DNA from: Lama guanicoe
Lineage: Eukaryota
Assembly (NCBI GenBank): GCA_013239625.1
Contig: MU056000.1
Span: 11,111,175 to 11,175,174 of the forward strand
DNA length: 64,000 bases
Direction of reading: 5' to 3'
In this document: piece by piece, positions 1-13,272 of the stretch
Numbering within the stretch: position 1 is the first letter of the stretch
Layout of the letters: the number at the start of each line of letters is the position of its first letter
The notes under the pieces: model-generated
Database searches by the model: none
Told to the model about the DNA's origin: nothing
The model's input: the letters and a program-made list of their open reading frames with translations, nothing else
Translations under genes and position numbers: made by a program

Positions 1-69
1 CTTTATGCCCAGTTTCCTCTTTTTCTTATTTGCATCAGTATGTGAAGCATCCCTGTCCCAGGTGGTGGT

Positions 70-501
70 GTAGTTACTATTGGTTGGCTACAGTATCCCC
101 GTTCCTAGCTGTCATGCCAATAGAAGCCCCAGTTGGGGTGATGGTGTGCCACATAAAGTAGTTTCCCTAGACTCCATGACTGGAGTAGCTTCGTGGCTGC
201 TGTAGCCTATGAAATGAAATCAGTATCTCTGGGAGTTCCGGGAAAGCTTAGTTGAATTTGCGATGTCTGGAGCTGTAGCAGCCCTCTTGCAGCTCTTAGG
301 TAATATGCATGGTGATGAAATCCATTGTGCCGAGGAAGCTGGAACAGAAAGAAACTACTTTGTTCCCTGATTGCAGTAATGAGTAGTTGAATTAATGCCG
401 GCTATTCCTGACTGCCATACTTTGTGTTACGTGAGAAAAATAAACTCTTACTAGTTTAAGCCATGTTTAGTGAGGTTTTTCCTTGTCTTCTAACTCATAC
501 A
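70..501 (+). mobile_element. Ancient ERVL/MaLR-type solo LTR (LTR16-like)
   Basis: Motifs gatgtctggagctgtagcagccctcttg and gttacgtgagaaaaataaac...gtttaagcca...ctaactcataca match the recalled 3' half of LTR16/MLT1-type LTRs; ends in CA. Boundaries approximate. Confidence 0.6.
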
Positions 502-811
502 GATGGTTTACAAAACTGTCAACCATCTTGGTTGCCCTTCTCTGTCCAGACTCCATACTGTTGATGTCCCTCCTAGAACACAGAAGTAGAGTAGGGCACT
601 GTCCTATAACTGTTGCCTCCTATTGTCGGGTACATAATGGGACCCAATAACACATCTGTTGGGTGAATTTATTACTAAATAAACCTGTGTGTCCATTAAT
701 GGATCCTTAGAGTGTGTTCTTTGAGTTTTTTTTCATTACTTAAACACATGATTGGGTTATATTGGAGTTTGGCTCAACTTAAGCTTACATAGTTCTCAGG
801 TAAGCAGATTA

Positions 812-1325
812 TGTCAGAGGTCCCTAAGACTACCTTCAAGGCTCAATAATTCACAGGACTCAAAAATTATTATACTCATGGTTACAGTTTATCACAGTGA
901 AAGGATACAGATTAAAATCAGCAAAGGAAAAAAGGCTCATTTGTTTAAGTCCAGGAGAAGCAGAGGGTAAGCTTCTAAGTGTCCTCTCCCAGTGGAGTCA
1001 CATGGGGTGTGCCTGATTTTTCCCGGCAGTGATGTGGGACAACACGTGCAAAGTATTAACAACCAGGGACACTGACTCTAGCCTTCGTACCAACCTGGAA
1101 TTCTCCCCTGAGGCTGAGTTTCTATTGGGGGTCAGTCATGTAGGCATACAGCTACTCAGATTTCAGCCTCTTGGAGCAAAAATAGGCACTCACCATAAAT
1201 AAATAAACTTACCTGGTCACGTTAGTCTGGAATGGCTCAAGGTCTCAGGCATACAAAAATACTCTTATCAGGCAGAATATTCTAAAAGTTCAGAGGCTAT
1301 CTCCTAGGAGCCAACCCAGGGGCAG
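812..1325. mobile_element. ERVL-class LTR fragment (MER21/MER77-like)
   Basis: gtccctaagactacc...tactcatggttacagtttatcacagtgaaaggatacagattaaaatcagcaaagg...gtcctctcccagtggagtcaca resembles the recalled MER21/MER77 consensus; subfamily uncertain. Confidence 0.6.
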
Positions 1326-2059
1326 ACATAGATAAGTAGTAAGTGGGTAAAACATATATACATAGAAAGGAACCAAAAGCAAGAGCATGCAAGTATTATG
1401 ATCTCTGAGTTGTGACATACATGATTTATTCTTTCTTAATCATACTTTTAATAATTTTCTGAAATTCACATTAGAATAAAGAACTATTACAATAAAAACA
1501 TTATTAAATGTAATTGGTGATGTGGTGACTTTGTAATAACATGAAATGCAACTCTGAAAAAAGCTAATTTCAAGGTTGGCTAATAGATCCCTGCTGGACA
1601 GCAAACTCAGCATTTTCAGGAATGTACTGGTGGTTTGGAATGGTTAAATGGGACTGGCTCTGGGGTGGAGGCAGACTGGCTGGGGTCACATGAGGGTTTG
1701 TGGGAGGCCAAAGTGGTCACGTGTCAATAAATCCTTTTTACTCTGCATGTTTGTTATAATGCCATTTTCATTTCAGTTTTGCGAGTTCTCAAGATTTTAC
1801 CTCGTCTAGCCCAGTTTTCCTTAGCTACCTACCCTTTCAACTTAATCAGTCATAGTTTATGGAAGCCTACTGTGTACCTGGCGCTAAACTGGTCTTTGTA
1901 TGCTACCGTTCCCTCCCTCCTCGTCCTGCCCTCCTCCACCTTTTCTAGGACGTAAACTACATCAAATTTAATTTGCCTGCCTCCTGTTGTTGCTTTCCTC
2001 TATGACATGAAGTTACACTCAAAGACACTCTTTGTTGGTCTTGTTGGCTTGAGGTCAAG

Positions 2060-2238
2060 ATTGTGCGATCTTTGATAAATCACCAACCTCCCTAGACCTT
2101 GGTGTCTCCAATCATAAAATGGAGGTGCTTTTAGCAAGAATATCATAGCTTCTGTGAGATGATGTGTCTCGTATAAAATGTTAACATACTGATCGGTATA
2201 TAGTGAGTACTAAACCGAAGTTATTCCTGGTTGTTATT
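2060..2238 (+). mobile_element. MIR SINE, degraded
   Basis: Core-like aacctccctagaccttggtgtctccaatcataaaatggagg followed by a MIR-type 3' tail. Confidence 0.55.
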
Positions 2239-2929
2239 AAAACTAAACCATATGTGCCCGATATGCTTGGTGAGGAAGTGTTCAGTGTTGTGTAGTCCGC
2301 TGTGTCTTTTTGCAACGTCTGTTTCTTGTAGACACTAAAATTGAAGAGCTTTGGTTTCCTGAAAATTCTTAGCATAGTCACAGAGGTTCCCCATTTTAAT
2401 AATAAATGATATTGTCTTCCACCGCTTAAAAATATTTAGAAATGAGAGTGAACGTTTCTTGAATAATCTGGTCCAGATACTGGTTTAATTTGTTAAGGAG
2501 AAGAAGCTGTGACTGAATGGTTCTTCAACAGCCTTTATTTTTCTGGATTTAGCACTTGGATAAAGGCCACATTTCTAAGATAATTCCTTGAGGATGTAGT
2601 CTGAGGGCCAAATTATTGTTTGTATCAGTCAGATATTTTCTTGGCTGAGTTGAAAATTAAAGGCTTTAATTAAGGCTGAATAAAAATCACCCTTTCTAAA
2701 CCTTCCTGACCACCCGGAATCAAAACTGCCTCATCGTTAGAAAATTTCAGTGACCAGTGCCCTCACTCACGGGGCTCTGCTTCCAGGGTTGTCCTCCAAT
2801 ATCTGCTCATCCTTCAGCTGTGTCTTCCAGGTCTCTAATCAGAGAACAAAGGGTCTTATGCCTTTAGAGGGGGAGATTCAGAGTTAAAGAAAAACTCACT
2901 TCACATACATCAATGTTGTCAATCAAACG

Positions 2930-3320
2930 CAACCAGAGCAGTGGTTATAGGGGTGAATGGATTCAAGAACCACTTAGGGTTTCACGGGGGGCAGAACTTT
3001 GTGGATGGATTGGATATCTGAATAAAGGAGAAGGCTCAAAGAGTATCCCCTGTTTCTCATGTGGATGATGGTTAGACAGGGGTGCCGTTCACCAAGCGGG
3101 GGATATGCTGCACCAGGAGCTCAATTTGGGGGCAAGATAGTGTGTTCCCGATTTGTTGACTTTGGGGTAACTGTGCCCAAATGAGGATGCCCAGTAGCCT
3201 TTCCAGTCCAAGCTTGGAAGGAAATCTGGGTCAGAGAGATTTGGGAGCATCATCCTGTAGTTGCAATCACTCGAGTGCATGCCGTTGGGCAAGGAAAGCG
3301 TTTCTTAGAGAATCACACTG
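2930..3320 (-). mobile_element. L2 LINE fragment
   Basis: Purine-rich antisense L2 motifs ggatggattggat...ggtgccgttcaccaag...agagatttgggagcatcatc. Confidence 0.6.
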
Positions 3321-3529
3321 TGAGTCCAGTGCCAGCCACCCTCCTGTCCTGATGCTCTGTATCTTGTGGCTGTTCTATAAACATTTGATGAAAATGATGA
3401 AAAACTGATTGGCTTGTGGGGATACATTGTTTTCTCATTTCGGCTCCAAAGAAATGCCAAAACGTTTTTGTGGTGGGATACAGAGTGCATGGCGTGTGGT
3501 TATGAGTGATATTAAGCATTGTTTACGTG

Positions 3530-3660
3530 TAGGGAGCTGAGGGAATTTGTGAATGAGTTTCAGAGAGCCCACAGAGACATGAAATTACATACAGAAATGG
3601 GTAGAGGAGACATAATTTTTTATCAGATTCTAAAAGAGTTGTGAAAATGGTTGAATAAAT
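3530..3660. mobile_element. hAT-Charlie MITE fragment (MER103-like)
   Basis: gaaattacatacagaaat...tttttatcagattctaaaagag...ggttgaataa resembles the recalled MER103C. Confidence 0.4.
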
Positions 3661-4099
3661 GTTATCCTGGAGGCAAATAACGGGAACAAAGGTCATGTCA
3701 GAATAACTCAGAAAACCAGAAAAATCACCTCAACAGTGAAGGATCTTGGTTCCTCTGGGCTGTACTTTTTCACCGTGTGCTGATTGTGCAGCATCGGAGG
3801 AATCTGGGTCAGGAGTTTCATTGTGTGGCTTGGCAGCATCAAAGGCCAAAATATGATTAATTCTCCATGTGGATAATTTGGAAGTCTGAGGAATGTAGGG
3901 AGGATCAGGGGTAATTTTTAAAATCTGGCTACTTCTTCAGCCAGAGTATTCACTCCCTTGTTTACTACAGATGAGACAAGGGAGGCACTTCTGAGAATAT
4001 TCAACAAAATATTGCTAGTTGCTTAATGTGGGAGTAGCACCCCTCCCGCACCTCCACTCCACACTCCCGGCCCCAACCCTTTTTGCTTTCCTCTTAAAT

Positions 4100-5140
4100 A
4101 GATTTTATTTTTTGAGAGCAGCTTTAGGTTCACAGCAAAACTAAGAAAAATGTCCAGTGATTTCCCACATAACCTCTGCCCCCACGTACTCACAGCCTCC
4201 CTCATAGCAACACCCTCCACCAGAGTGGTGCAGGCATTACCACTGAGGAACCTGGACTGACATGTCATGGTCACTCAGAGTCCACTGTTCACATTAGGGT
4301 TCACTCTTAGTGTTGTACATTCTAGGGGGTTTGACAGATGTCTAGTGACAGGTACCCACAGTTGTAGTGTCATACAGAACAGTTTCCCTGCCCTAAAAAA
4401 CCCACTGTGCACCACACCCTCATCCCTCGCTCCCCACTAACCCCTGGCAGCTGCTGATCTTTTGACTGTCTCCATAGTAGTGTCTTTTCCAGAACGTGAG
4501 ATACTGTAGTTGGGATGATACCGTATGTACCCTTTTCAGACTGGCTTCTCTCACTCAGTAATAGGCATTTAAGTCTCCCCCATGTCTTTTTAAAAAAATT
4601 ATTTATTGAAGTGTAGTTAATTTACAGTGTTAGTTTCAGGGCAAGTTTTGTCCAGGTCTTTTCATGGATTGATAGCGCATTGCTTTTTAACACCGAATTA
4701 ATAGCCCATTGTCTGGGTGGACCTCAGTTTATTTATCCATTGACTTACTGAAGAGCATCTTGGCTGCTTCCAAGTTTTGGCAATTATGAATAAACATCCA
4801 TTTGCAGGTTTTTGTGTGGAAGTAAGTTTTCAGCTCATTTGGGTAAGTCTCAAGGAATGTGATTGCTGGATCATATGGTAAGAGTATTTAGTTCTGGAAG
4901 AAACCACCCGGTTGCCTTCCAGAGTGGCTGCACCATTTTGCACTCCCACCGGCAAGGAGCCGGACTTCCTGTTGTTCCACATCCTTGCCAGCATTTGGTG
5001 TTTTCAGTATTCTCGATTTTGGCCATTCTAATACCTGTGTAGTGACATTTTACCATTGTTTTAGTTTGCATTCCCCTGATGACCTAGGATGTGGAGCATC
5101 TTTTTATATGCATCTTTTCCATCTCTGTAACTTCTTTGGA
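4100..5140 (-). mobile_element. L1MC-type LINE-1 3' end (ORF2 C-terminus remnant plus 3'UTR)
   Basis: L1MC 3'UTR motifs (tttaggttcacagcaaaa, cattagggttcactctt). ORF 4871-5071 (RMAKIENTENTKCWQGCG..WECKMVQPLWK) is the L1 ORF2 cysteine-rich region. Confidence 0.9.
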
Positions 5141-7608
5141 GACCAGCATTTTTAACAAGGTATCAAAAGATGAGTTTTGACTGAGGCATGAAAACACAGT
5201 AGATATGATGCCCCAAAGACTCCAGACCGAATACAGATTTTTTTAGTAAAATTTCAAAAACTAGTTTTATAATGCTTGAATCACTCACTATGTGCATAGG
5301 GGCTAAAAAGAGTTGAGTTATTGAAGATGAAAAGAGAAAATATGAAAGCGGATATCTTTAGAGAGAATTGTTAAGTGTTTCGTGGGCCTCCTCCCCCTAC
5401 CCAGAGAGGACAAGAGGGGTGCCTGCCCTTCCCTTTAAGGCCATTTAAGAGATGAAGGTCTGTCTTCTCCTTGGAAAATCTTCTTGGCGAGCTACTTCAG
5501 TGTGCAGAGCAAAGTGAATGTATGGGGAAGAAGATGCTGGAGTATTTCCTAAGGATGTGAGGACCCCGTGAGCAAGAGATAAGGTCTTAGATGCTGTCAA
5601 ATAGGTGCCCCTGGGGTTGACTAGCTCCGGCGAAGGGAAGCTGGAGGTATCATTGGATCTTGGGTTGCAGAAGGAGTATGTGGCCAGCTTGACACTCTCC
5701 CATTTCAAGGGACCTGCTGTGAGAGATAATGAGCTATGGTGAGGAGTAGCCCATAGAATCCAGAAAAATGGATTAAATGTTAGCCTAGCCCAGGCTCCAT
5801 CTGTGCCAGTCAAGTGAGGTCTCTTCTGCTCATTTTGTTTCTCCTCCACGTAGGAGTCAGTTCCCTGAGTTTTTATCCAGGAGTGGGGGGAAATTTCCCT
5901 TTATTGAATACATTCTAAAGGAGTAGTGGAGGACCGAAATACTTTCTGAGTCTTGCTTATTCAGTGTGCTGTTACGTATGGAAAGGGTGGCACAATAGGA
6001 AAACCAGTTTGAAGGTTGTAACTGTCTACAGGAAACAACTCTTGATAGGGTATGTTTCTGAGAACATGATTTTCTCTTAGAAGCAAGTCCCTACTATTCT
6101 ATTCTTTATCTGCTAATAGCACATAGAAAGACCCCATGTTATGCATTTCAGTGGGTTTGCTATTAGAAAATTCAAGCAAAGACAAATATCTTCAGGGAGT
6201 AAACTGAAGATGCCAGTCACCCCCTTCGGTGTCTTACACAACATAATTGCATTGAGAGTATTGGAGGATGTAGAATAATAGGTTTTTGCTAAATCCTAGG
6301 ACAGAAATCAACAGATTCAAGTTGACATTGAAAGTCAAGTTTTTAAGAAATTACTGGCATTCATGGGTTCAGAATATTAATGGCAAATGTGCTCGGGGAA
6401 CCTAATACTCTCTCTTCCATGCACCCTGGCAGAGCCCTCTATTTAAATCTGTTTAAATGCATCAGCTCTGATTATGAAAGGCCCCACACAGGCCGCTTGC
6501 GCTTGGAGGGACTGGTGGGGCGCGGTGGGTCAGTGACATGGTGTTGGTATGATTCCAGCAGAAATGCGGGGCAAATCAGTGAGTTTGCTTACTTGTGGGT
6601 TTACACAAACTCCGAAAGCGTGTTTGGGTAGTTCTTCTGTACAGATTTAGAGACAGCATATTTTAGAGGAGCCAGTGAAAAATGTTGATGGAGGAGAAAA
6701 TAAAAATGTATTCTTATGAATGGTAGACAGAAGAAAAGATTCTGGAGGATAAATCGGAGGAAAAAGCACATACACTTTTTATTAGCTTGCAGAACTCAAA
6801 TGATTTGCAGATGTTCGGCTGAGCGTTTCACATAAAACATACTTATATACCTGAGCTTTTTTCCCCCTCACTTATTTTAATAGCTGAAGCATCTTTCTCT
6901 TGTGAACAATTTATTCTAATGGCAATAAAAATGCAACAGCACCACCTCATTATACCCAACAGCAAATGACTTGCACTGCATCTTAGCTGGCTTTGTAGGG
7001 TTGAGCTCTGATGACTGACGGCAGCCCCTGCTAAGCAGGCACTTGGATGAGTGACGTTGTAAACAGGGAACCATAGAAAAATAGCCCAGCTCTTAGAGTG
7101 GTACTCAGCTTTCATGTTTCTCCTGACCCACACACTACCATAAAGTTCAAAACAAGGATGACGGGCAATCTTTGAATTTCACAGAAGGGTTTTTTGTAAG
7201 CTGAGTCGTTCTTGCTGGTCTACATAATACTTTGTTTACCTGCTACCTTTTTTTAAGTTGACTGTGAGTCATCTGTACCTTTACCATTTGGGCTGTGATG
7301 CGTTTTTCCACCATAAATCTTCTATTGTTGAGGGAGACAGACTGGGGACTCTCAGTGTCCCAAAAGACAGATTTTGTCAGATACTCTACACTTATTTTTT
7401 GAAGGTGTGGGTGGCTGCCCCTCCTCCCGTTTATTTCTGCCTTGGAGCATTCATGAAAGGAGGCCATCTTTCCAATATACATCTCCTAGGCTTTCTTTTG
7501 CAAATTGAAGAATATTATGTAAATAATATTTTAATTATTTTATAAAACAGTGGCATTTTGCATATGACTCAAAGTATTCTTTAAATTCATTAAAAAATAG
7601 ATTAACAC

Positions 7609-7798
7609 TTAGAACTACCATATGATCCAGCAGTTCCACTCCTGGGTATATAACTGAAGAAAACGAGAGTATTACTTCAGAAAGATAACATGCACCTCAG
7701 TGTTCACAGCAGGAGCATTATTTACAGTAGTTAAGATACGGAAGCAACCTAAGTGTCCCATTGACAGATGAATGGATAAAGAAGATGTGGTGTGTATT

Positions 7799-7836
<38 letters not shown>

Positions 7837-8282
7837 CAGCCTATGGAATATTACTCAGTCATAAAAAAGAATGAAATTCTGCCATTTGTAACCATGTGTA
7901 GAGGCCTAGAGTATTATGCTTAGTGAAATAAGACAGAGAAACACGTTATCACTTTTATGTGGAATCTAAAAAATAAAGCAAATGAATATATATATTGAAA
8001 TGAAAACAGATTCACAGACATGGAGAACAAACTAGTGATTACCAGTGGGGAGAGGGAGGGAGGGAGGGAGGGGCAAGATAGAGCTAGAGGATTAAGAGAC
8101 AGAAACTATATAAATAATAGATAAGCAACAAGGATGTATTAACAGGGAAATATAGCCACTGTTTTGTAATAACTTTAGATAGAATATAATCTATAAAAGT
8201 ACTACATCTCTATGCCAGGCACCTGAAACTAATATAATATTGTAACTCAAGTACACGTCAATAAAACAAAATTTTAAAAAAT
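7609..8282 (+). mobile_element. 5'-truncated L1 (ORF2 end, 3'UTR, A-rich tail) with TSD
   Basis: agaactaccatatgatccagcagttccactcctgggtata...gaatggataaagaagatgtgg; A-rich tail; TSD aaaaatag(a)ttaacac at 7593-7608 and 8283-8297; internal (CA)n at ~7802-7831. Confidence 0.92.
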
Positions 8283-9109
8283 AAAAATAGTTAACACAAT
8301 TCTTGACAAGGATCCTTCATTTTACTCTGTTTATGGGTTTTCAGGAAATACATGGTTGGGTGAAAATCTGATTTCCTAATTGTCCCTTTTACCATTGTTT
8401 CACGGTAATAGCTTTTTCAGAATGACTTGATTATCCATTTTTCCCCAGATAAAGATAGAATAAACCATGGAAGAACTAGTTTGAGGGAGATGGGACTCCC
8501 TGAATAGAGCACTTTGCCTTAATTGACAGGGAGATACCATTAAAAAGGTCATGAATCAGGGTCAATGTTAACTTGCTTTTCTTGTCCTTCTAATCAAGTA
8601 TTTGTTTAACTGAAGAGACCCTTTTTAAAACAAAATGCCCAAAGTATATTTCACTGATTGGGTATATGGTCCTTTTGAAGGGCAACGTGTTATTGTAAAT
8701 CAAAATTTTAAATTTGCTAAGTGTCTTTTACTGAGCCATTTTGCCTCAGAATCTGACCTGCAGGAAGACTTGTTCCAAGTCCCCCCCCACCCCACCCCAA
8801 GCACATGGCACTAAGTCCAGATGTTTCTTCCTAGGACTCAGTCTCATCTCCCAGGGGGTAATCTCCTGCCTGCCTCTCTGACCCCCTGCCCTCCAGCCTC
8901 TACCAATGAGGCAAGGCAGCCCTGAGCAGCTCTCCAAGGCTCAGGGTAAAATTCTGTTTGGTGGTAGGAGAAAAAGAATGAAAGTAAAATGTTTTTTGGT
9001 GACATTTCCCGTGGGCTCATCACGTTGTGAGATTTTGTGTCCCTTGCCTTATGTCCCTCCTTCTCTATCCGTGTGTGTGTGTGTGAGTGTGTGAGTGTGT
9101 GTGCGCTCA

Positions 9110-9650
9110 CATGTGAGTATGCATCAACAGATACATTTTCATTTTGGCTCAACTATTTGCAAATAAAGTGCAGCTCTAATAACACCTCACTCCCAAATAC
9201 TCCAGCAGGAGAGTCTCGTAGAAAGAAAGCCATTCTCTTACATAATCACAATGCCAGTATCTCACCCATACTGTTTGTATTCAAATGTAGAGTTTATTTT
9301 CCTTTTCATTTCTTGGGAGAATTTAATTGTATTTTTTAATATGGGAAACCGTTGAAAGGTTTAAAAGTCAAAACTGTATGTATATCAAAAGGTGTAGGCA
9401 GAGAAGCACTGTTCCCTTCCCCTTCCTTTGCCCCCACCGTCCTCCGCCTCAAGCATCCCTCTGGGAAGCCATTTTTACTACTTTCCAGGCTACCCTTCCT
9501 CTGTTTCTTTTTGCACGAATAAGTGTGCGAGTGGGGATTTCCTTTCTTCTGTCTTAACACAGAAGGCAGTCTGCTTTTAGATGCAGCTTTTTTTTTTTAA
9601 CCTAATATATCCTGATTATATTTCCTTGTAAGTTCCTAGAGATCTTTGTC
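9110..9650 (-). mobile_element. Old L1 (L1MC4/5 and L1ME-like) 3' fragments
   Basis: tatttgcaaataaagtgcag...cacctcactcccaaatactccagca...cattctcttacataatcacaatgcca resembles the antisense L1MC4/5 3'UTR; preceded by (TG)n at ~9070-9102. Confidence 0.55.
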
Positions 9651-12600
9651 TAAATGAGGACTCATTAGTTGACAGGTAACGTTCTTTAAGAAACCATATC
9701 CTGAATTAAACATCAGAATTGATACATCATTATACTTTATACCAGTGACCTTGCTTTATTTAAGTGTTTTTAAAGAAAAAAATTGCAATCTTTTAAATAT
9801 TTATCTTCAGTGAATACTATAACAGTATGGTTCTTTGTATATTTCCAAATAACTTTCATGCAGACTTTTTTCATTGGCTTTCATGTAACTGTATATGGCA
9901 TTAAGTGGATGTATCCACATTTTCTTGATTATCCCACTTAACTGGTTAATAAATGCAGGTCCAGGAGGCATAAGAAACTTTTCTGCCATCATCCATCAGA
10001 CCTTCCTATGAATGTTCTACAACCCTGCAATGACAAATTATTTTTAGCTACAATTTTAGCACATTCCGTGATTTTTTTTCCAATATGATTACTGTAACTG
10101 TCTACCCTGGGGAGTATGATCATGTATTTCATACACTTAGGCCTGTAACTGTCATTATTCCTTTGGCACAATTTCAACATTTGTGAAGAGCAAGAAATTT
10201 CAAACTTCTACGTTTTTTTCCCCTAAATCATAAATGGCTCTTTGTGATGTCAGTAGGCATGGAGCAGAGGAGAGATAAACTTCAGAATCCATAAGACCTT
10301 TTGCATATTTTGACAAATCTCAAATGTTCCAAACTGCGAATTCCTTTTCTGCTTTTTAAATCATGAGATAGACTAAAACACGAACAAAGTTACTCTGTTT
10401 TATGTTAATGTCCCCATGATTTTTATGCCCCTTTATGCAAACAGGAGAGGTAATTTGCTTCCAGAATACAGAAGAACTGGTTTCCTGAGCTAGAGACAGC
10501 TTGGGGACCGGTGCAGAGAAGGAGGCACCCTACCAGCTGCCCTTTGCATGCTGAAGAGAAATTTGAGGTTCCTAAGCAGTGAAAGTCTAAATATAGGTTT
10601 AATGGATGACCATTTGTGAGTAATACAGAGGAGAGTTGGCCTTAGAAGAGAGATATTTTCTTCCAGTGTTTCCAAAAGGAAATCAACAACCCCACTTTGG
10701 TCCAACAACTATTTATACTGTTTTTAATATGTAACAGGCTTCGAGCTAGGCACTGGGGGTAAACTGATGAATAAGGCACATTCCCTACTTTTAAGACCAG
10801 TCTAGCAAGGACTAAATTATTTACTGTGGTTTGTATCTTCACGACACTGGAAATGTGCAGGGAGAAACTGCTGGTGGGTCGGTGGGAATTTGACAAGCAG
10901 GGGTCTGGTAATCAGTGAGATGCACAGAAAGGTGAAGAGCAAAATGTCAAGCTCCCTCAGAAGGCTAGTGGGTGATGAGGGTTGGCTATTGGGCCACTGA
11001 GCTGTCAGTGAGGTATCTATTTCTTTTAAAGTCTTCCAACTGTTTGGAAATGGTTCTCAAAACGAATTAGGCCCAGGAAACAAATGTACTTGGCCTGCCA
11101 AATTTGCATTACTCTGTCCTCTGTCAGCAGTTAGACTGCCCTTGCTTATCCAGACATGCTTCTATTTCAGTCGGTCAAGAAACCCTCCTCACATGAGCAC
11201 TCACTGGAAAGACGCTGAAGTTGTTGTATGTGACAGTCAAAGTGTCCTTTTAAGAATTAATTATTCCATGAGCCCGTCTTTGACCATGACTGTTTTCATT
11301 ATTGGTTTGATTTTGCAGTTGCTTATCTAGTATGTTGTTAAGGCATCTGATAATGCCAGCTCACCCATTTTGGGGTGTAATCTCTACAACACACGCACAC
11401 ACGCCCCATCCCTGTACACATACCTTAGATGCCACCAAAAATAAACAGGAAAGATACATTATATTTCCTTTAAGTCTGGGGCCTAGGCTTATACTCATGG
11501 TTAATTTCAGACTAGGATGGAGATATAGAAGTTGCCTGTGAGTAGGGAAATTAAACAGCCCAGTGGAAGTCACTTCTAGCCTTGAAACACTCATTATACC
11601 TCTTAATTGCTTAAAAGCACAGAGAAGTGTCCTGTTAACTACTCAGCAGAATTCGCCTTCCTCCATGAATCATGTGAACTTTACCTTCATCTGACCTCGT
11701 TCGCTTTAGCCCATTGTATTTCTTATTTGTTCATTTTTTGGTTCGGGGGTCATTATGTATCCCCTTCAATGTGCCAAGGTAAAATCTCCCGACACTCTAC
11801 TATGAAGGATATTGAGATTTTCTGTATCTAGCGGAGGAAAGAAAAGGATCTTCCTGGCGACATTGCTCCTACATTCTGCACATCTTTTATAGACAGAGGT
11901 GGTATCTCCCTACCTGACTGTCTTTGAGACATACGGGAATATCCTTAGAGTAATTAGGAAGACAAGTTTATTTCTCCCGTGCGGTCCTCTCTGCTCGCAC
12001 TGATTTCATATTTCTCATCACACATTATCCTTATTCTCATCATCATGATTCAGGTACCAGTCCTACCTGTTACCAGTTCAGTCCGTAAACCGTTATTGAA
12101 CGCTGGCCCTGCGCTAGACACTCCACTAGCTCTTTTTACCCTCATTTAACAATAGACCATCTTATGAGGCGGTATAATGTTTTATTGTCAGATACAGTAG
12201 TTTATAATTTAGAAAGGGAAACTAGGAGCAATGGAGTAATGGAACTGACTGCCCCAGGACTGGGGGTTCTACATGAATGGGGTAGAGAGTCCCTCTTGGA
12301 CACGAGGGTCTACTGATGGCATTAGCAGCTAGATAAGGAACACCCCCGCACCAAAAAAAATCCCACAGTGTGATGAGGAGCTTCTGCCCAATGTCTTTTT
12401 TATTTGTTATCATCTCTAGTTTTTCTCCAGTGTTATTCCCTCATATTTGATGAGGATTGCAGACATGATGTTAACATACCAGCATTTGAAACGTACACAC
12501 CCCAAAATACAGATTAAATTGAATAATAGCACTATAGAGGGGTAACAATGTATTTTCATATGATTGTCATTTTCTTCAACTGAATGTCACTGTGGTTTTG

Positions 12601-12947
12601 CTTTTTAAAAAATTTTTAATGATTTGACCCTCAATTTTCCCCTTTATTTATTGCTGACACAATTAGTTGATGCCTTGTCCACAAATTAACACATATTCTT
12701 TGAATGATTAGGTCTGGCATCATGATAAGAGATGCTGTGGCTAAAATAGATGTTGTTATTAATATCTTTGGAGCCTGGTTGCAAAGACAAAGTTTACAGT
12801 CATAAAAATATGTGGGAAAAAGTGTGCTGGTCATCATTAGAACAGCAATTCAAAGAAGAAGAAGATACACAAGAGCTTCAGGAACTAGAGGGATCTTGCA
12901 GGGGGAAGGAATGTAGCTGGTCCCTGAGTGTTGGGTGGGGTTTAGAT

Positions 12948-13272
12948 CTGCACTGTCCCCCATGGCAGCTACTAGTCATATGTGGCCACTGAGCCCTGGC
13001 AACATGGCTGATTTGAATCAAGACTTACTGTAAGTGGGAAACACACACTGGACTTTGAAAACTTAGTATGAAGACAAGTGTAAAATATCTCCTTCCTATA
13101 TTACATCAATTACGTATTGAAATCATAGCATTATGGATATATTACATTAAACACAACATATTAAAATTTGTTTTACCTTTTTCTTTTACTTTTTAAATTC
13201 AACTTCTAGAATGTTTAAAATGGCATATAAGGTGGGCAGTTTGGCTGGCTTCGTTTTTCTACTGGATAGATG
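12948..13272. mobile_element. MER33 (hAT-Charlie) DNA transposon
   Basis: ctgcactgtcc...actagtcatatgtggccactgag...ctgtaagtgggaaacacacactggactttgaaaacttagta...tttctactggataga is colinear with the recalled MER33 consensus; degraded TIRs. Confidence 0.8.
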
